Origin: Lingula anatina
Lineage: Eukaryota > Animalia > Brachiopoda
Assembly: GCA_051362555.1 (NCBI GenBank)
Contig: CM120644.1
Location: 19,862,534 to 19,926,533, forward strand
DNA length: 64,000 bases
Direction: 5' to 3'
Made by a program: the position numbers and the translations under genes. Shown here piece by piece: positions 1 to 12,832 of the stretch. A model generated the notes under the pieces. That model was not told where the DNA came from and did no database searches. It worked only from the letters and a program-made list of their open reading frames with translations. How positions within the stretch are numbered: position 1 is the first letter of the stretch; every line of letters begins with the position of its first letter.

Positions 1-1286
1 CAACATAAACAACAATGCACATGTAGGACGACCGGTTTTCTTTCTGATGGTAACATATTTGTGAGGACAAATCTGCAATTTGGCAGTTCTCCGTGAACAA
101 TTATTTATTTAAAATTGAATTCTAGTATTTATTTTGGTGATGTTTAGTTTTGGAAAGAAAGAAAACATTCCAACCGTGTAAAATGCATTTATGGAAGTCT
201 TTGGAAGTTATTGTTATATTGTTATATTGTCAAGTCGTCAAGTTATATTGTCAAGTACGCGCCATATTTGATCCACGGACTAGATAGACGGTGGTTCAAC
301 TGGTTGTGAACTCGGTCTAATGCTTTAGAAAGTGTCAGGAAGTTGCAGTGTGCGTTCAGTTGTTCTTTGGAAGAAAAAAAAAACAGCGAGATGTGCATCC
401 ACCAAAAATCAATAAATCGCTGTAATTTGAATAATTATGCTTCAGAAATTGCAGCATAATCAAATTGGCAGAATGTGTCATTAGTATTGCAGAACTGTCC
501 ACACACATTGAAACGAACTTTCTTAAGTTTGAATATGCGATTGTGACGCATATAATATAAACTTCGTGTTTCAATGAGGGGAGGGGTCAAAAGTCACCCT
601 GGTTTTAGAAACGAAACCAAGGAGTTGAAATTTTCCCGAAATTAATGTGCATTTGTTATTGCACGGGTGGTAGGTTACAAAGGAAAATCGTTGTATTACA
701 GAAGATATTTTATTTCGGAATATTTTCTACATTAAGGGGTCTATATAGGACTGACATTTATCAGAAACTTTCACATTCTGAATTTTCGACAAATTCTTGA
801 CAAAGTCAAATCAACCATTTTAGCTGTCACTTAAAGCCGATTTTTTAGAATAATGAGTACTTGATGAAGTTTTTTTTAAGACTGTCAATTTCTGCCAATA
901 CTCCCAAAATAGAATGTGATGCAGTTTAAAGAGAAATTTATAGCAAGAGATGAAAAACTAAGGAAATATTTTTCGTAAATTTACTTAGATTTTGGCTAGC
1001 AGTTATTTATCTTTTAAAAATATCCAAAAGTGTTTAGATCAGCGCTCTGTTAAAGGTTGGCATTGTACTTTGTATTTTTGTAGTTTATTCTTTGGTAGAG
1101 ATCAAATGGTGATTCAAGAATAACTTCTTATATGTCAGTCCTGCATGTCCTGTTGAATTATAATGTCGAATGTCGTTAGATCACTTAATACCGGAGACCA
1201 GTCTTAAGTTTATTAGCATTGTCTTAGTAAGTGTGGATTTCAAGTAAACTGATATTTACGTATTCTTTTCCGTTTTCTTTGAAATG

Positions 1287-2205
1287 TATGGGCGGCCAAA
1301 AGGGCAAAAATTCATGTCGTCGATTCAGTTATGTTTCGTCGATTCACTGCCTTCCCATCGATTCAGTTTCAAGTTAAAACGATCCTGTCATAAATTCAAC
1401 ATCTACTTTCGTCAATTCAATTGTCAAACATTTCTCATCTATGGTGTATTAAAACCAATGCTGTCACTATTTTCGTCGATCGTGTAACTAATCTCGTCGA
1501 TCGTCAAACTGTTTTCGTCGATCGTGTAACTATTCTCGTCGATCGTCTAATCTCGTCGATCGTGTAACTATATATTCTCATCGATCGTCTCATCGATCGA
1601 TCGCCAGAGGGCGCTGCGGTAGCAACACGTGCTTCTGTCTGTCAATCACGCGGTAATTTTTAACTCGGCCAGCCATGGTCAGAGTTAAGCACAACTAGAA
1701 AATAATGTCCCTACAACCGAATATCTTTTAATTATTAACAACTAAAATTGAAATTGTTGAGAAAATGTTCTTATTTCACTAGCAATCATTTTGTTGTCTG
1801 CCATTTTGATAGTCATGTGAAAGGCCAATGTGCTACCGCAGCGCCCTCTGGCGATCGATCGATGAGACGATCGACGAGAATAGACGATCGATGAGAATAG
1901 TTACACGATCGACGAGATTAGACGATCGATGAGAATAGTTACACGATCGACGAGATTAGTTGGACGATCGACGAGATTAGACGATCGACGAGAATAGTTA
2001 CACGATCGACGAAAATAGTGACAGCATTGGTTTTAATACACCGTAGATGAGAAATGTTTGACAGTTGAATTGACGAAAGTAGGCCCTAGATGTTGAATTT
2101 ATGACAGGATCGTTTAAACTTGAAACTGAATCGATGGGAATGCAGTGAATCGACGAAACATAACTAAATCGACGACAGGATTTTTTGCCCTTTTGGCCGC
2201 CCATA
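1287..2205. mobile_element. Non-autonomous IS3EU-like DNA transposon (foldback MITE)
   Basis: Termini TATGGGCGGCCAAAAGGGC...GCCCTTTTGGCCGCCCATA, ~340-bp inverted arms with internal tcgtcgatcg repeats, 6-bp TSD GAAATG (1281-1286, 2206-2211). The paralog has a single GAAATG (empty site, ~51256). TAYGG termini with a 6-bp TSD fit IS3EU. Confidence 0.85.
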
Positions 2206-2779
2206 GAAATGGCTATGGTTGAAATAAGCTTTTTAGTTGGTCATGTCATGTGACGTTTCTGATTCGCATGCTGTATAAATTTCAGTTTTCGCTCAAAGTT
2301 GTGCCATGAAGTACATATTTTAGGAATTAAGAAAATACGTTGATTTTGGACATGACAATATTTATCGATGAACTAAACAACCAGGAATCTTACATAATTT
2401 GATTATATTTGAACACCAATTTTTGTTTTATGTGCGAGTATCAGCAAGACGACATAGTGCTTGCATGTGGGTACATGCGTCGGGATAGGATGAGGTTATA
2501 TGCATATTGAATTTTCTATATCGATCACACCAGTGAATTTAGACAGACGTTATTATTATTTTTTTGTAATCTTTTGGTTAATTTTCCAGTTTGCCTGTAA
2601 ATTTTGACAAAAACCTATAAATTCTACCTTCTTGTTGGTATTATGTCTATCATAGTATTCCTGAACTCCTTTGTAAATTAAGGCTACGTCGGTCTAGTAA
2701 AAGTTTTCCAATATGCATAGAATCTCGCCGTGTTGTACACTAGTTAGCTACAGAACCATTTTTGTATGTAAAAGCTTAA

Positions 2780-3408
2780 AGCAATAATAACTCTTCCTTT
2801 GAGATTCAAAATTCCGCATGAAATACATTTTAAACAACGCATGGAAATATATTCTATCGTATTTTACCACTAAAACGGCCGTTATTGGAGTAAAACTAAA
2901 ATCTGTGCTTGTCAATGGGGCTTACGATGCCATTTTTCCCAGTCATCAAGGCATTCGTTGCTAATGACGTAATGGTGTCACGCGGATTCTCGCGTTCATT
3001 CGAGACCAAAATAACATGGCGCCAAACACATTAATGCGGACGCAGACGTAAGTTGCGAGTTTTTGTACAGTGCGTCGGATAACGTAAAGCCCAGAATGGC
3101 ACACATTGTGGATATAAATGCATTTTTAACAAAAAGACGAATATATTTCATGAATCTTATATAGTGTTGTTGTTGTCTGCTTTTCCCGCGGTTTTAAGTA
3201 GGTCACCAGTGACTTTGCAATGTCAGAGAGAGCTCCGTCAGTTAAAATCTCTTAAGAGATTTTAACAAAAAACCGTACGTTTAGGAAAAAAACCCTGGAT
3301 TAACTTTGAATGCAGGAATGGGGTCGTTGACCATTGGTAAGTACGGGAAAATTGCCGTTTTTTCCAGGAAAATCCAATTTTTGGCCAAAACGAAGAGTTA
3401 TTATGACT
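2780..3408. mobile_element. Kolobok-type non-autonomous DNA transposon
   Basis: TIR core ATAATAACTCTTC/GAAGAGTTATTAT, TTAA on both sides; the paralog has the empty site aaagcTTAAtttacatg (~51826). Confidence 0.85.
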
Positions 3409-3686
3409 TTAATTTACATGTCATAGTACGTTTTATGAAATTGCCATTAATGTAGAAGCAAATGATATTCCAAGTTTTGTAATATTTTTGAAAACAATGC
3501 TGTTACTTTTTGTATTAATTTGTGCAATAATAAATGTGCTATATTGTTTTATGAACAAAACAGAAGTTATTTTTCTTAACTACAGAACTATCGACTCCTT
3601 GCTATTCTGTGTTCGTAGCACTGTTTTGTAGTAGTTGAAATTGTTTATTTTGGTTTATTTTTGCAAAAGATAATTTGCTGGGACCC

Positions 3687-3760
3687 AGCACCGCCAGGAA
3701 TCGAACCTGTAACCTTCTGTCTGAGAGGCAAGCGCGTTACCTACTCCTCTAACTGTTCCC
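3687..3760 (-). pseudogene. tRNA-like sequence (pseudo-tRNA or tRNA-derived SINE head)
   Basis: Minus strand has an A-box-like TAGAGGAGTAGG and B box GGTTCGATTCC at tRNA spacing. The T-arm pairs, but the acceptor and anticodon stems contain several mismatches. Confidence 0.7.
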
Positions 3761-6700
3761 ACCCACCCTCCCCATGTAGACTTTCTTCTTATAGTAACCA
3801 AAGGAAATTTTTTAAAGTCCTTGGGGAAAATACTCAGTGGTATCCAAGTACGCGAGCAGGAAAGTGAACCCAACCCGTGGGTACCAATGAACATGAAAAT
3901 ACTACAACGCGCTGAATTATTTTGGTATTTCTTTATTAAGACCAACACAAAATTCCATTTCATATATGCATGCATATTGAACCATCTTAAAACATTGATT
4001 TGTGAGACTACATTTCTGAAAAATCATAAGTTTTGAAGTTGGAATATAAAGATATACACAAAGTTATTGCTATCTGCATTAGAACTCACACAAAAATGTA
4101 ACAAATTCAATCTATTTGATTTGACAAAATAAAATTATCAACTAAACTACCCGTGTTTGACCTCATTAATATTAAAGAGAATATTTCAGAATAAAACTTT
4201 TTCCTTAAAAAAACAACGCCGGATCTGGTATCCATCCCACCTTTAACATCAGAAAAATCGAGAAGGAAACCCACTCTGGACTAACATTATCAAGTACACA
4301 TAATGCTACAAATTACCTAGAATTTCACAATTTAACCACATTTAAATGTTCCGGATCCGACGTTCTTTTTTCTGTTTCTCATTGAATCATTTCAATAACT
4401 AAATACGTACAATTATGAGCAATTCTACAACTCTCGTGCTGTGTTGTGCTGTAAACCGAACATGAATGAACCTCACATAACACATGTAGAGAGTAAACAT
4501 TTTTTCACCTGCTGATCCATCTTATAAAAGTTATTGTTTTTTTTTTCAAAATTGAGCAGATTTTAAAAAATAGTATCAATAATTCTTTAAACTTTACACG
4601 AAATCTAGATTTGTTTAAAAAACATCACCGTCCCAGTTGCATTTTTACAAAGATCATAGTGTACAAACCACGAGTCTGGACAGAAGACAGAACATTAACA
4701 AGCACAAATTTATGAAATCAAGTATTCTAATCTCTTATCTGAGCATTTAAATTAAAGACAACTTTAAAGGCACATAGTGAGCGCTGGTCCCGTAAAAAGC
4801 AAACATTTGATTCCCTATAAATTTCATCAATAAATCACCAAGGTATCCGATATCCAAAAACAGTTCACAGCAATTCGATCCACAAAGTCATTAAGTTTTC
4901 CTAAAATTTTTTACAATAAATAAAGTGCATGGTGTCCAAAAGCAGTTCACAACAATACGATCCTTAAACTCATTTTAAGCTCCAAGCAAGTCTCTCTAAT
5001 AATGAAAATAGAGAATGGTCAATTTCGCTCACGACGAGAAAAGTTGAAATTTACAACTCGAAAGCATGTTTAAAACGTAATGGAGTGTAGCATATAACAA
5101 GCAGACTTTAAAAAACTTGTACATCGCACTTTTGTCAATGGTGTTGGATAAGACTGTGCTTTGGTGATGAAGGGAAATTGGTCAAATTTTCAGGATTCTA
5201 GCTAAAGTCTAATGCGCACTATATTCCTTTGGATTAATATAAAATTCCATGAATGTCAAAAGTGAAATTATTTTATATGCTGAGCTCAAAGTACTGATAA
5301 CAAGTAATTAAAAATTGAGAATTTATTATTCAATGTAAAATTTCCAATTAATTTTTACTGGAAAAAAAGAACACATTTTTAATAACAGCTCACAAGACAT
5401 TCAATGAATATTGTCAATTTGTCATAAAGTTTAACTGGATAAAATAATAAATTTTCTTAAAGATATTTGCTAGCAAGTACAATAACTACTTATTTTCCTT
5501 CCTTTACAATCTCTCCTATAGCTGACTACATCCACCAACAGAAAAGTTTTAACATGAAGTGCAACTGTATCCTCATTTTAATGGAGGAAGCAAAATGGGG
5601 AAAATACTGATGTATTTTCAAAACCAGTATTAAAAGTTCAGGCATCAAAATTGAATCATAAACAAGTTATCATCAAATACCCAACATTAATATCTTACAA
5701 CGTTGTACTAAATCGGTTTAAACTGACATATTCGTATACTTAGTATCTGGACCGCCACGCATCCACTCCCTGGTCACTCAGAACTGATGAAGACGTGACA
5801 TCTCTTTCTGGAGTGTTGGTTACATATGATTCCTGGGGGAGGAGGCAGGATATTTTGGGCGCATTATTTAATCAATTATCATCATTATCTAATAGGTGAA
5901 CCATCATGTACAATTTACTGCAATAAAAATGCATAGGACGCATTTGTGTTTGATATATTTCAAAATACGCCATTGATAAGATTAAACCTATACCCTGACA
6001 CCCCCACAATGAAACATTATTTACGTCACTGGTTATAGTCAAGTGCATTTTTATCTGAACAGAGTTTAGTATATGTGACCAACCTGACCGTACTATGGCG
6101 CCATCTTCTGGAATCAGCAGACTACAAATTAATAAACTTTTAAATTATGTGATCATATCTGAATGTACGATATTGTAGTCTTCATTTATCTTCACAATGA
6201 CAAATAAACTTTCGCCGGAATATATGTCTATGTGCGTGCGTGCGTGTGTGGAACCTGGTTATGATAACAAAGGCATTTGTTAAATTATCCAAGACTTTTA
6301 CAGAATTTTAGCCAGTGGTAGGAAAGAAGGGTTGATTAGTTGGAGAAAAATACCACTTATCTCAGGAAAATCTGTGCAATAATTTAAAACGTCAGCACAT
6401 ACGCCGTGAAGATACGCTATGCCTATATTTTACCGAAGCATTTTATTCAAATTGACTTTTTTCACTTTGCATCATACAACCAGTTATCATAACGCCCGTC
6501 TGTACTGTCATGCACAAGTTATAACAGTTTTATTCTACCTCCCCAATATCCTCCTGTCATTTCATGCTGTCAATATTGACATATACAAGATTTCAACATA
6601 TATCATACATCACAAGATCATTTCACATACAGCACTCGAATAACACATTTTATGTAATAAAAGAAATGAAATTCCATTCGTATCGAATATTTTTTTCTTC

Positions 6701-8863
6701 GGGAACTGATAATTCAAATTGTTACGCCTCCGCCTGGCGTTTAGTAGAATACAGAAAAGGTGGTGATTATACAAGAAAGTTAGAAACAAGAGGAGGTGTG
6801 TTAATCTGTTAAACTGTTGATCTACGTAGAACGAAATGGAATGAAACCTTAGATTCATTAAAATGTATCCTATCATTATTGTAGTGCTCTTAATATTTTA
6901 TCTAGAACTTCAACCCACTGGGTTATCAATATCTTATCAATAAATAAGAAATAATCATTATTATACAGGGTGATATTCTGGCGTCTGTTCTGTCTCAACA
7001 TGATTGTGACGTCTACCACAGAATTGATGATAATGTGCTAGGTGTGACAAGTCGATGACCGCTTTTGATTTTAGGCTAAAACAAACGCATTTTAACATTT
7101 TGTTTTTCTTGAAATGCCGATAAAGGCATTTTAATGCACTTCTCTTGGTGTTTTTTGTTCCTCATCTTCGGTTCTGAGTACAAAATCCTTCTATACAAAT
7201 GTAAACTTAAGTTGTTAATAAATATCTAACATATATGCATGTAGTATTACTTGCAAGGTGAACTACCAATGCGCAAGACACGGTGCATTTTTTCTATTTG
7301 TGTCATACGCCAAAACGTAACACCAAATATAATCCACAAATCATGATTTGGCCACTTATTCAATGTCAGATTTAAGGGAGATAGCGTGCCTCTCACTTTT
7401 ACGTTTTGTTTCACATGTTTTTTCTCCCCCCCCCCCCCAAAAAAAAAGAGGATAAAAGAAAAAATTCTATGTGAAATCTCAAGAGGGGCTGGTTTTCCCT
7501 TATGCGTACATGAGTATGTGACAAAAAGATAATAAAATCAATTAAAACATTATAACAAGCAAAATGAAACAAATCCAAGACTTTTTACCGTCACTGTGCA
7601 CTACATATGAGAATAAAATTGCCTTCCTCTACTATTTTATATCCAATGTTTATAACCACGTCAACTATAAAACAGCTTTGTTTTAAGGTGACACGTTGAG
7701 TGTCTTCTCTCTTTGTCGGGGTAGATTCTACTGTATTTTGAATAAGACTGGTTGTAGGTTGTGCCTCACGACAACCATGACTGAATTTTTACCGCGTTCG
7801 CTTTTCATTTGAGTTTCACCAGGATCGACACGCTTATCTATTCCATGTATTAATGGGAGGTTAATTTTCACGAGACTGGACACAGGTAACTGTTATGTCT
7901 CTATATGCAGTAAAAAAATAAAATAAAAAATAAAAATAATAATAATAAGGTATCAGTGACACATTTAATTTTTAGAAACGGGAAAAATGAGTACGTTTTC
8001 AGTTGAAAAACCAAAATAAAGTCAACTGGTAAATTATTGCATTTGGATTTTGTGGAAAATAGAAATGCAATCTTTCTTGAATTTGATTTTTTCATTTTTC
8101 TCAATTTCTTTATTAATCACATTATCTTGTTATCTAAATCTTATTGCCGAATTGATCATTCAATATGGACATGAAAGTTATGGAAATTTCATAGCAGTTA
8201 AATACCACATCCTCGGATCTAACGTTAGACAGATTCTCTCTCTCTCTCTCTCTCTCTCAAAAAATCAGCAGAGCCACAGACAAAATGAAAAAAAAAAAAA
8301 AAAGCATTGGAATATGAGTTATTTATATCTTTAAAACAATCATGATCAGTTTTTCCTATTCGCTGGAACATATTAATAAAAGTGATCTTTACAGTACCTC
8401 TCGAGGGGAGGGGGGGGGGGCGTACACCGGGGCTCTCGTCAAGAAGCCCTTCTCAGCCTTCTAGCTGTTACAAAATTCTTCCGAAGGGCGGGTCGAGAAA
8501 TGATTTATAATGAGAAGAAAATTGTTATTTTTCTTTGGGGAAATTACTTTTGCTAGCTTCAAATCTATATTATTTTTATCAAATAATAGAAATTAAGATA
8601 GCTTTGGTGATCAAGATTGCCGCTATTTGAAATCTCTGATGTGAACATCACTTCCGGACAACCTTATATTACTACAGGCAATCTAATTTGCATATAAGAG
8701 AAAAATGCATTTTTTTCTGTTTTTGAGTCATGTACAGTTTTTATTACTTTTGTAAACAACGATGTCCCTTTACCCTCACAACTTTCCAATTATTTGATCG
8801 ACACACCCTGTTTATTAATTCATTTATATAAATTATAAACCTTCATATCACAGGCGTGAATCA

Positions 8864-9263
8864 CGTTATGTTTATACACATCATGAATACAAAAGAAATG
8901 GATGTGATTACGCCCCTCCTCATATTCGTACAGAAATGCATGGAGAAGAGAGTAAGTCTTTCTGCGCATGTCCAAACCAGATCATAGTACCAGTGTGAGA
9001 CCCGTTATGCGCTGTCAGCAGAGACTGGGCGTGTAGATCAAACCTGGTAAATTGATTATGGAATGCGACATTCGTATACATGTGTACAGTCACTGATTTC
9101 AACAATTGCTAATCTATATGTGTATATATATATATTTATTTATCTATTTATTTGTCTGTTCTATGTTCTAGCCACTAGTATCGTATTGTAATTGATTGTA
9201 CCTTTATGTGAAGGTGTTTGTCAATAAAGAATCTGAATCCGTTATCGCGTCCAAGTCATAACA
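8864..9263 (+). mobile_element. Possible solo-LTR-like element
   Basis: ~400 bp with inverted termini (c)GTTATG...CATAACA, a TATA-rich tract and AATAAA near the 3' end; no clear TSD. Mostly missing in the paralog between CGTTAT microhomologies. Confidence 0.35.
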
Positions 9264-9360
9264 TTGTTAAACTAGCGCCAATAACTGCGGTGGAGAATGT
9301 AGGTCAATTGCCTGTACAATTCTCCCATAGCATTATTGATTTTTTCTGGAGTGGAACATT

Positions 9361-9550
9361 TTCGGGAGAGGTGGACGGGTGAGAAAAGTATCAGTTCAAC
9401 AGCAAAATATACAGAAAGCGTGGAGCTGCTATAATCAGAGGCTTTTACAATCTGTTAGACAAGTGTAAAAATATCCCACTTTTCCAGTTTCACCTTGTAG
9501 CACTTTCAGACAATATAATACATCTCTATGCCATCAGTGTCTCCCTAAAA
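9361..9550 (+). ncRNA. Candidate long hairpin RNA, copy 1
   Basis: Nested complementary segments: GGGAGA 9364/TCTCCC 9540, GTGGAGCTG 9420/CAGTTTCAC 9485, TTTTACA 9443/TGTAAAA 9464 (the inner two in identical register). About 24 of the first 36 positions pair ungapped when G:U is counted. Confidence 0.5.
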
Positions 9551-10732
9551 ATTTGTTGACCACGTTAACTGGTCGACTCCCGGCAGAAGATGAACCAGCC
9601 AACGATAGTTTTGACACACAGGTGTAGGAGCCGCACCCTGAACTTCAGATCTTAATAGCAATTAACCCTTGCCGTTTCAAGTAACTGGTAACGCCAAGGG
9701 TATGCCATAGTGTAGATGTTTGTTTCAAGCTATCTCTGAAGCTCAGGGTAAGCAGCCGGAATAGGGCGAGGCGGGAGGAGGTGGGGGGGGGGGGGGGGGG
9801 GGGCATTTAACCCTTTCACAACCAGGGGCCGAATGCGTTACCTCAGCACTAACCAGTCAATTTATCTATTAAGAATCAGTCACTATTATTATTATGCATT
9901 TTCAAACTTTAATTAGGCGTAAGAGGGGGAAAGTGGGTCAACTCTTTCACAATCAACTACGTAATATTTATAATATTTTTGTCCAAGTTCTACATGAAGA
10001 CAGAGTGATCGCAGCACTATTTCCAACCTGGTCCGGCAACCCAAGGCCTTCACTTAGTGGTCAGTTGTTAACAAGTCAGGAAGACAGCACTAGGGACACT
10101 CAGGTAAACTAACCATTAGTGATGGGGTCATCAGTTGACCACAATACAGGGGCCACTGTCAATGGGTTAAATTTGCATTTTTCATAAATTTTATATTAAT
10201 ACTAAGTTTATATATGGTATCAATTATTACCCGTGATCAGACATAAATTTTCTGTCAACAGATTTCTGTAGCTAGAAAAGCAAGTTTTTGAGATTTGTGC
10301 AGATAACAGATAAAAATCAGTAAGAAGACAGGAATGGGTTAGCCTCTTTTTTTTTTTTTACCAAATTGTCTATGTTTTGACATTTCGATTTGTTACAGTA
10401 AAATGGTAAGTGGATTTATTATTATTATTATTCATATTATTATTATGCTAGAAATTCATTTGTTGACTACAGATCAGTATTCCTTATGGTTAACTGATAC
10501 AGAATGTTGCCAGTGTTAGGTGGACTGTAGTGTTCAGTTGATAACTTAAAATATTGAAATGGTGCTGACAGAGAACAGTGATAAAACATTGAATTCTTTC
10601 TGGCAAATCATATAGTATTACATTTACAGGTGTTTTTCCTTTATTTTTCATTTTTCTTTCTTTTTATTTTTTTGAGATTTTAAACTCTTCCAACATCTCA
10701 TTTGCCTAGCTGGCATTGAATCTGTTTCTTAG

Positions 10733-10941
10733 ACTGGGTTCCCATGCCTAGATCGATCCATCTGGATCGACCTTACTCCCTTTCACACTAAATTGTTATC
10801 AGCTTAAGAGGCTTAAATGTCTGTCACACCTACTGAATCAGCTCAGGGAGGGGGTAATTAACATTCTTGTACGCTCGACCTCCCCGATAGCAATTTAGTG
10901 AGACTTGCAGTGGAGATCCAACTCTCTGTGAGAATGGTCCC
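10733..10941. mobile_element. Short MITE-like insertion (possibly Harbinger-type)
   Basis: Absent from the paralog (~57578); internal inverted pair cactaaattgttatc/gatagcaatttagtg; ends in gtgagaatggtccc. Confidence 0.5.
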
Positions 10942-11452
10942 TTTAAAGTCTGTAATATGTGTCATGGTTTAATCAAATATTCATTTGGAGTTTGATATTT
11001 TCTTAAGTTAACAAAACGATGTTTCTTTTTTAACTGTTTATTCTGTCACTAAGTCATTGGATATATATATACATTTGATACATTAAAAAATGAAATGGTT
11101 TAAATTGGGTTTTAACTAGTAAACACTTGAATTCTTTGAAAATGAAACCCTTACTTATTTCCCTTTTGTTTTTCAACTGTAAAGATAGATGAGGGATTTT
11201 CCTGCGTAATATCATGTATTTGACTAAGTACAATTCTTTTTTTTATAGATAATCTATCAAGACAATGTATCTGATCATGGAAGTAAATGGTCTGACGAAT
11301 ACTGAACCTACACAATATAAAAGTAATAATTATTGATTAACAATGAACAAATAAAAATTGTATCAATTACAAAATATGATTGTTCTTTAGTTATCCAAAA
11401 ATAGCAATGTTTTAAGGTAGTAGTTTGTTTTCTGTTTCTGTTTCTGTTTCTA

Positions 11453-12832
11453 TCATTGAGAGTTATAGAAAGGATTTTTTATGATTGTTGTGATGACACC
11501 TGGTGTGGTCCTTTTTATGCCAGTTAGTATTTCAAAGACATCATTGTCAGTAGTGATGGTGATATTCTCTGTGGTAAATATGTCATCACCTTTATGACAG
11601 TATTCTGTTCTTTCTTCCTCATATATATGTTGGGTTATAGCATTATTGTTTGTCAGTTTATTTTCCACGTTACACATTTCTTCTGTCTCCCCCTCTGAAT
11701 CTAGAACATTGTTGGGCCCACTTTCATTGCCAAAATTTCCATGTATTACTAACTGAATTATGTTTCCTTTTGTTGTGCATTGTTTCATGTGTTCTGCAAT
11801 TATTCCCTTGACTGAATTCTACTCCACATTTGTCTGGTGTCTCACAAGTGTGCATTCTTTTAGGGCTAGTGCAGGCCAGTTTTGTTATGATCTCTTTTTC
11901 CCACAGAACTCACATGTATCATGCTTTTCTCCAGTATGAATGGTTTCATGGACAGTGCATAAACCTTGAGTAAAAGTTTTGTCTCAAGTGTAAACTGTTT
12001 CAGGGTAAGTGCAATTCCCTTTTGGAGTGAACGTTTTCTCAAAAAAATTACAGATATTTTTGTCTCCAGTGTGATTTTTTTCATGAAGTTTACAAGATTT
12101 TTTTTGTGTAAAAGTTTTATCACAGAATCTACACTTGTAAGGTCTCTCTCCTGTGTGAATTCTCTCATGATGTATCCAATTTGTTTTGTCTGTAAATGTT
12201 TTGTCACAGAATCTACACTTGTAAGGTCTCTCTCCTGTGTGAATTCTCTCATGATGTATGCAAGATTTTTTTTCTGTAAATGTTTTGTCACAGAATCTGC
12301 ACTTGTAGGGTTTCTCTCCTGTGTGAATTCTCTCATGATACATGCATTTTGTTTTGCTTGTAAATGTTTTGTCACAGAATCTACACTTGTAAGGTTTGTC
12401 TCCAGTATGAATTCTTTCATGCACAGTGCAATTGCCTTTTTGAGTAAAATATTTGTCACAGAATCTACATTTGTAAGGTCTCTCTCCAGAGTGAATTCTT
12501 TCATGCTTTATGCAGGAAGTTTTGTCTTTAAAAGTTTTGTCACATAATCTACACTTGTAAGGTTCTTCTCCTGTGTGAATTCTTTCATGCTTTATGCAGG
12601 AAGTTTTGTCTTTAAAAGTTTTGTCACAGAATCTGCATTTGTAAGGTTTCTCTCCTGTGTGAATTCTTTCATGCCTTGTGCAATTTGTTTTGTCTATAAA
12701 AGTTTTGTCACAGAATCTACACTTGTAAGGTTTGTCTCCAGTATGAATTCTTTCATGCACAATGCAATGGCCTTTTTGAGTAAAAGTCTTGTCACAGAAT
12801 CTACACTTGTAAGGTCTCTCTCCTGTGCACAT
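11453..12832 (-). pseudogene. Tandem C2H2 zinc-finger gene, copy 1 (9 intact fingers, then degenerate fingers with stops and an acidic tail)
   Basis: ORF 11984-12832 has nine YKCR[FL]CDKxFxxKxx[CW]xxHE[RK]xH units with TGE[KR]P linkers. In-frame stops separate them from the tail (11453-11788) that is fused in frame in copy 2, and the upstream region is deleted relative to copy 2. Confidence 0.85.

Noticed and set aside
5770-5830. Hammerhead ribozyme (CTGATGA core)
   Set aside because: No GAAA after a stem II and no closing stems. The block is conserved between paralogs but its function is unresolved.
9361-9468. Small ORF FGRGGRVRKV..LLQSVRQV* / LGRGGRERGV..LLQSLQRV* in the hypervariable island
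   Set aside because: Some synonymous changes, but third-position enrichment is weak (14 of 33 by hand), there are in-frame stops just upstream and no ATG. Kept only as an alternative to the hairpin reading.
9770-9805. Poly-G tracts (also 48717, 53939, 56393) as functional G-quadruplexes
   Set aside because: Simple homopolymers of variable length, common throughout this window; no specific evidence.
9540-9830. Telomerase RNA template (taaccct motifs)
   Set aside because: Only TTAACCCTT occurs, not a ~1.5-repeat CTAACCCTAA template; the locus is multicopy.
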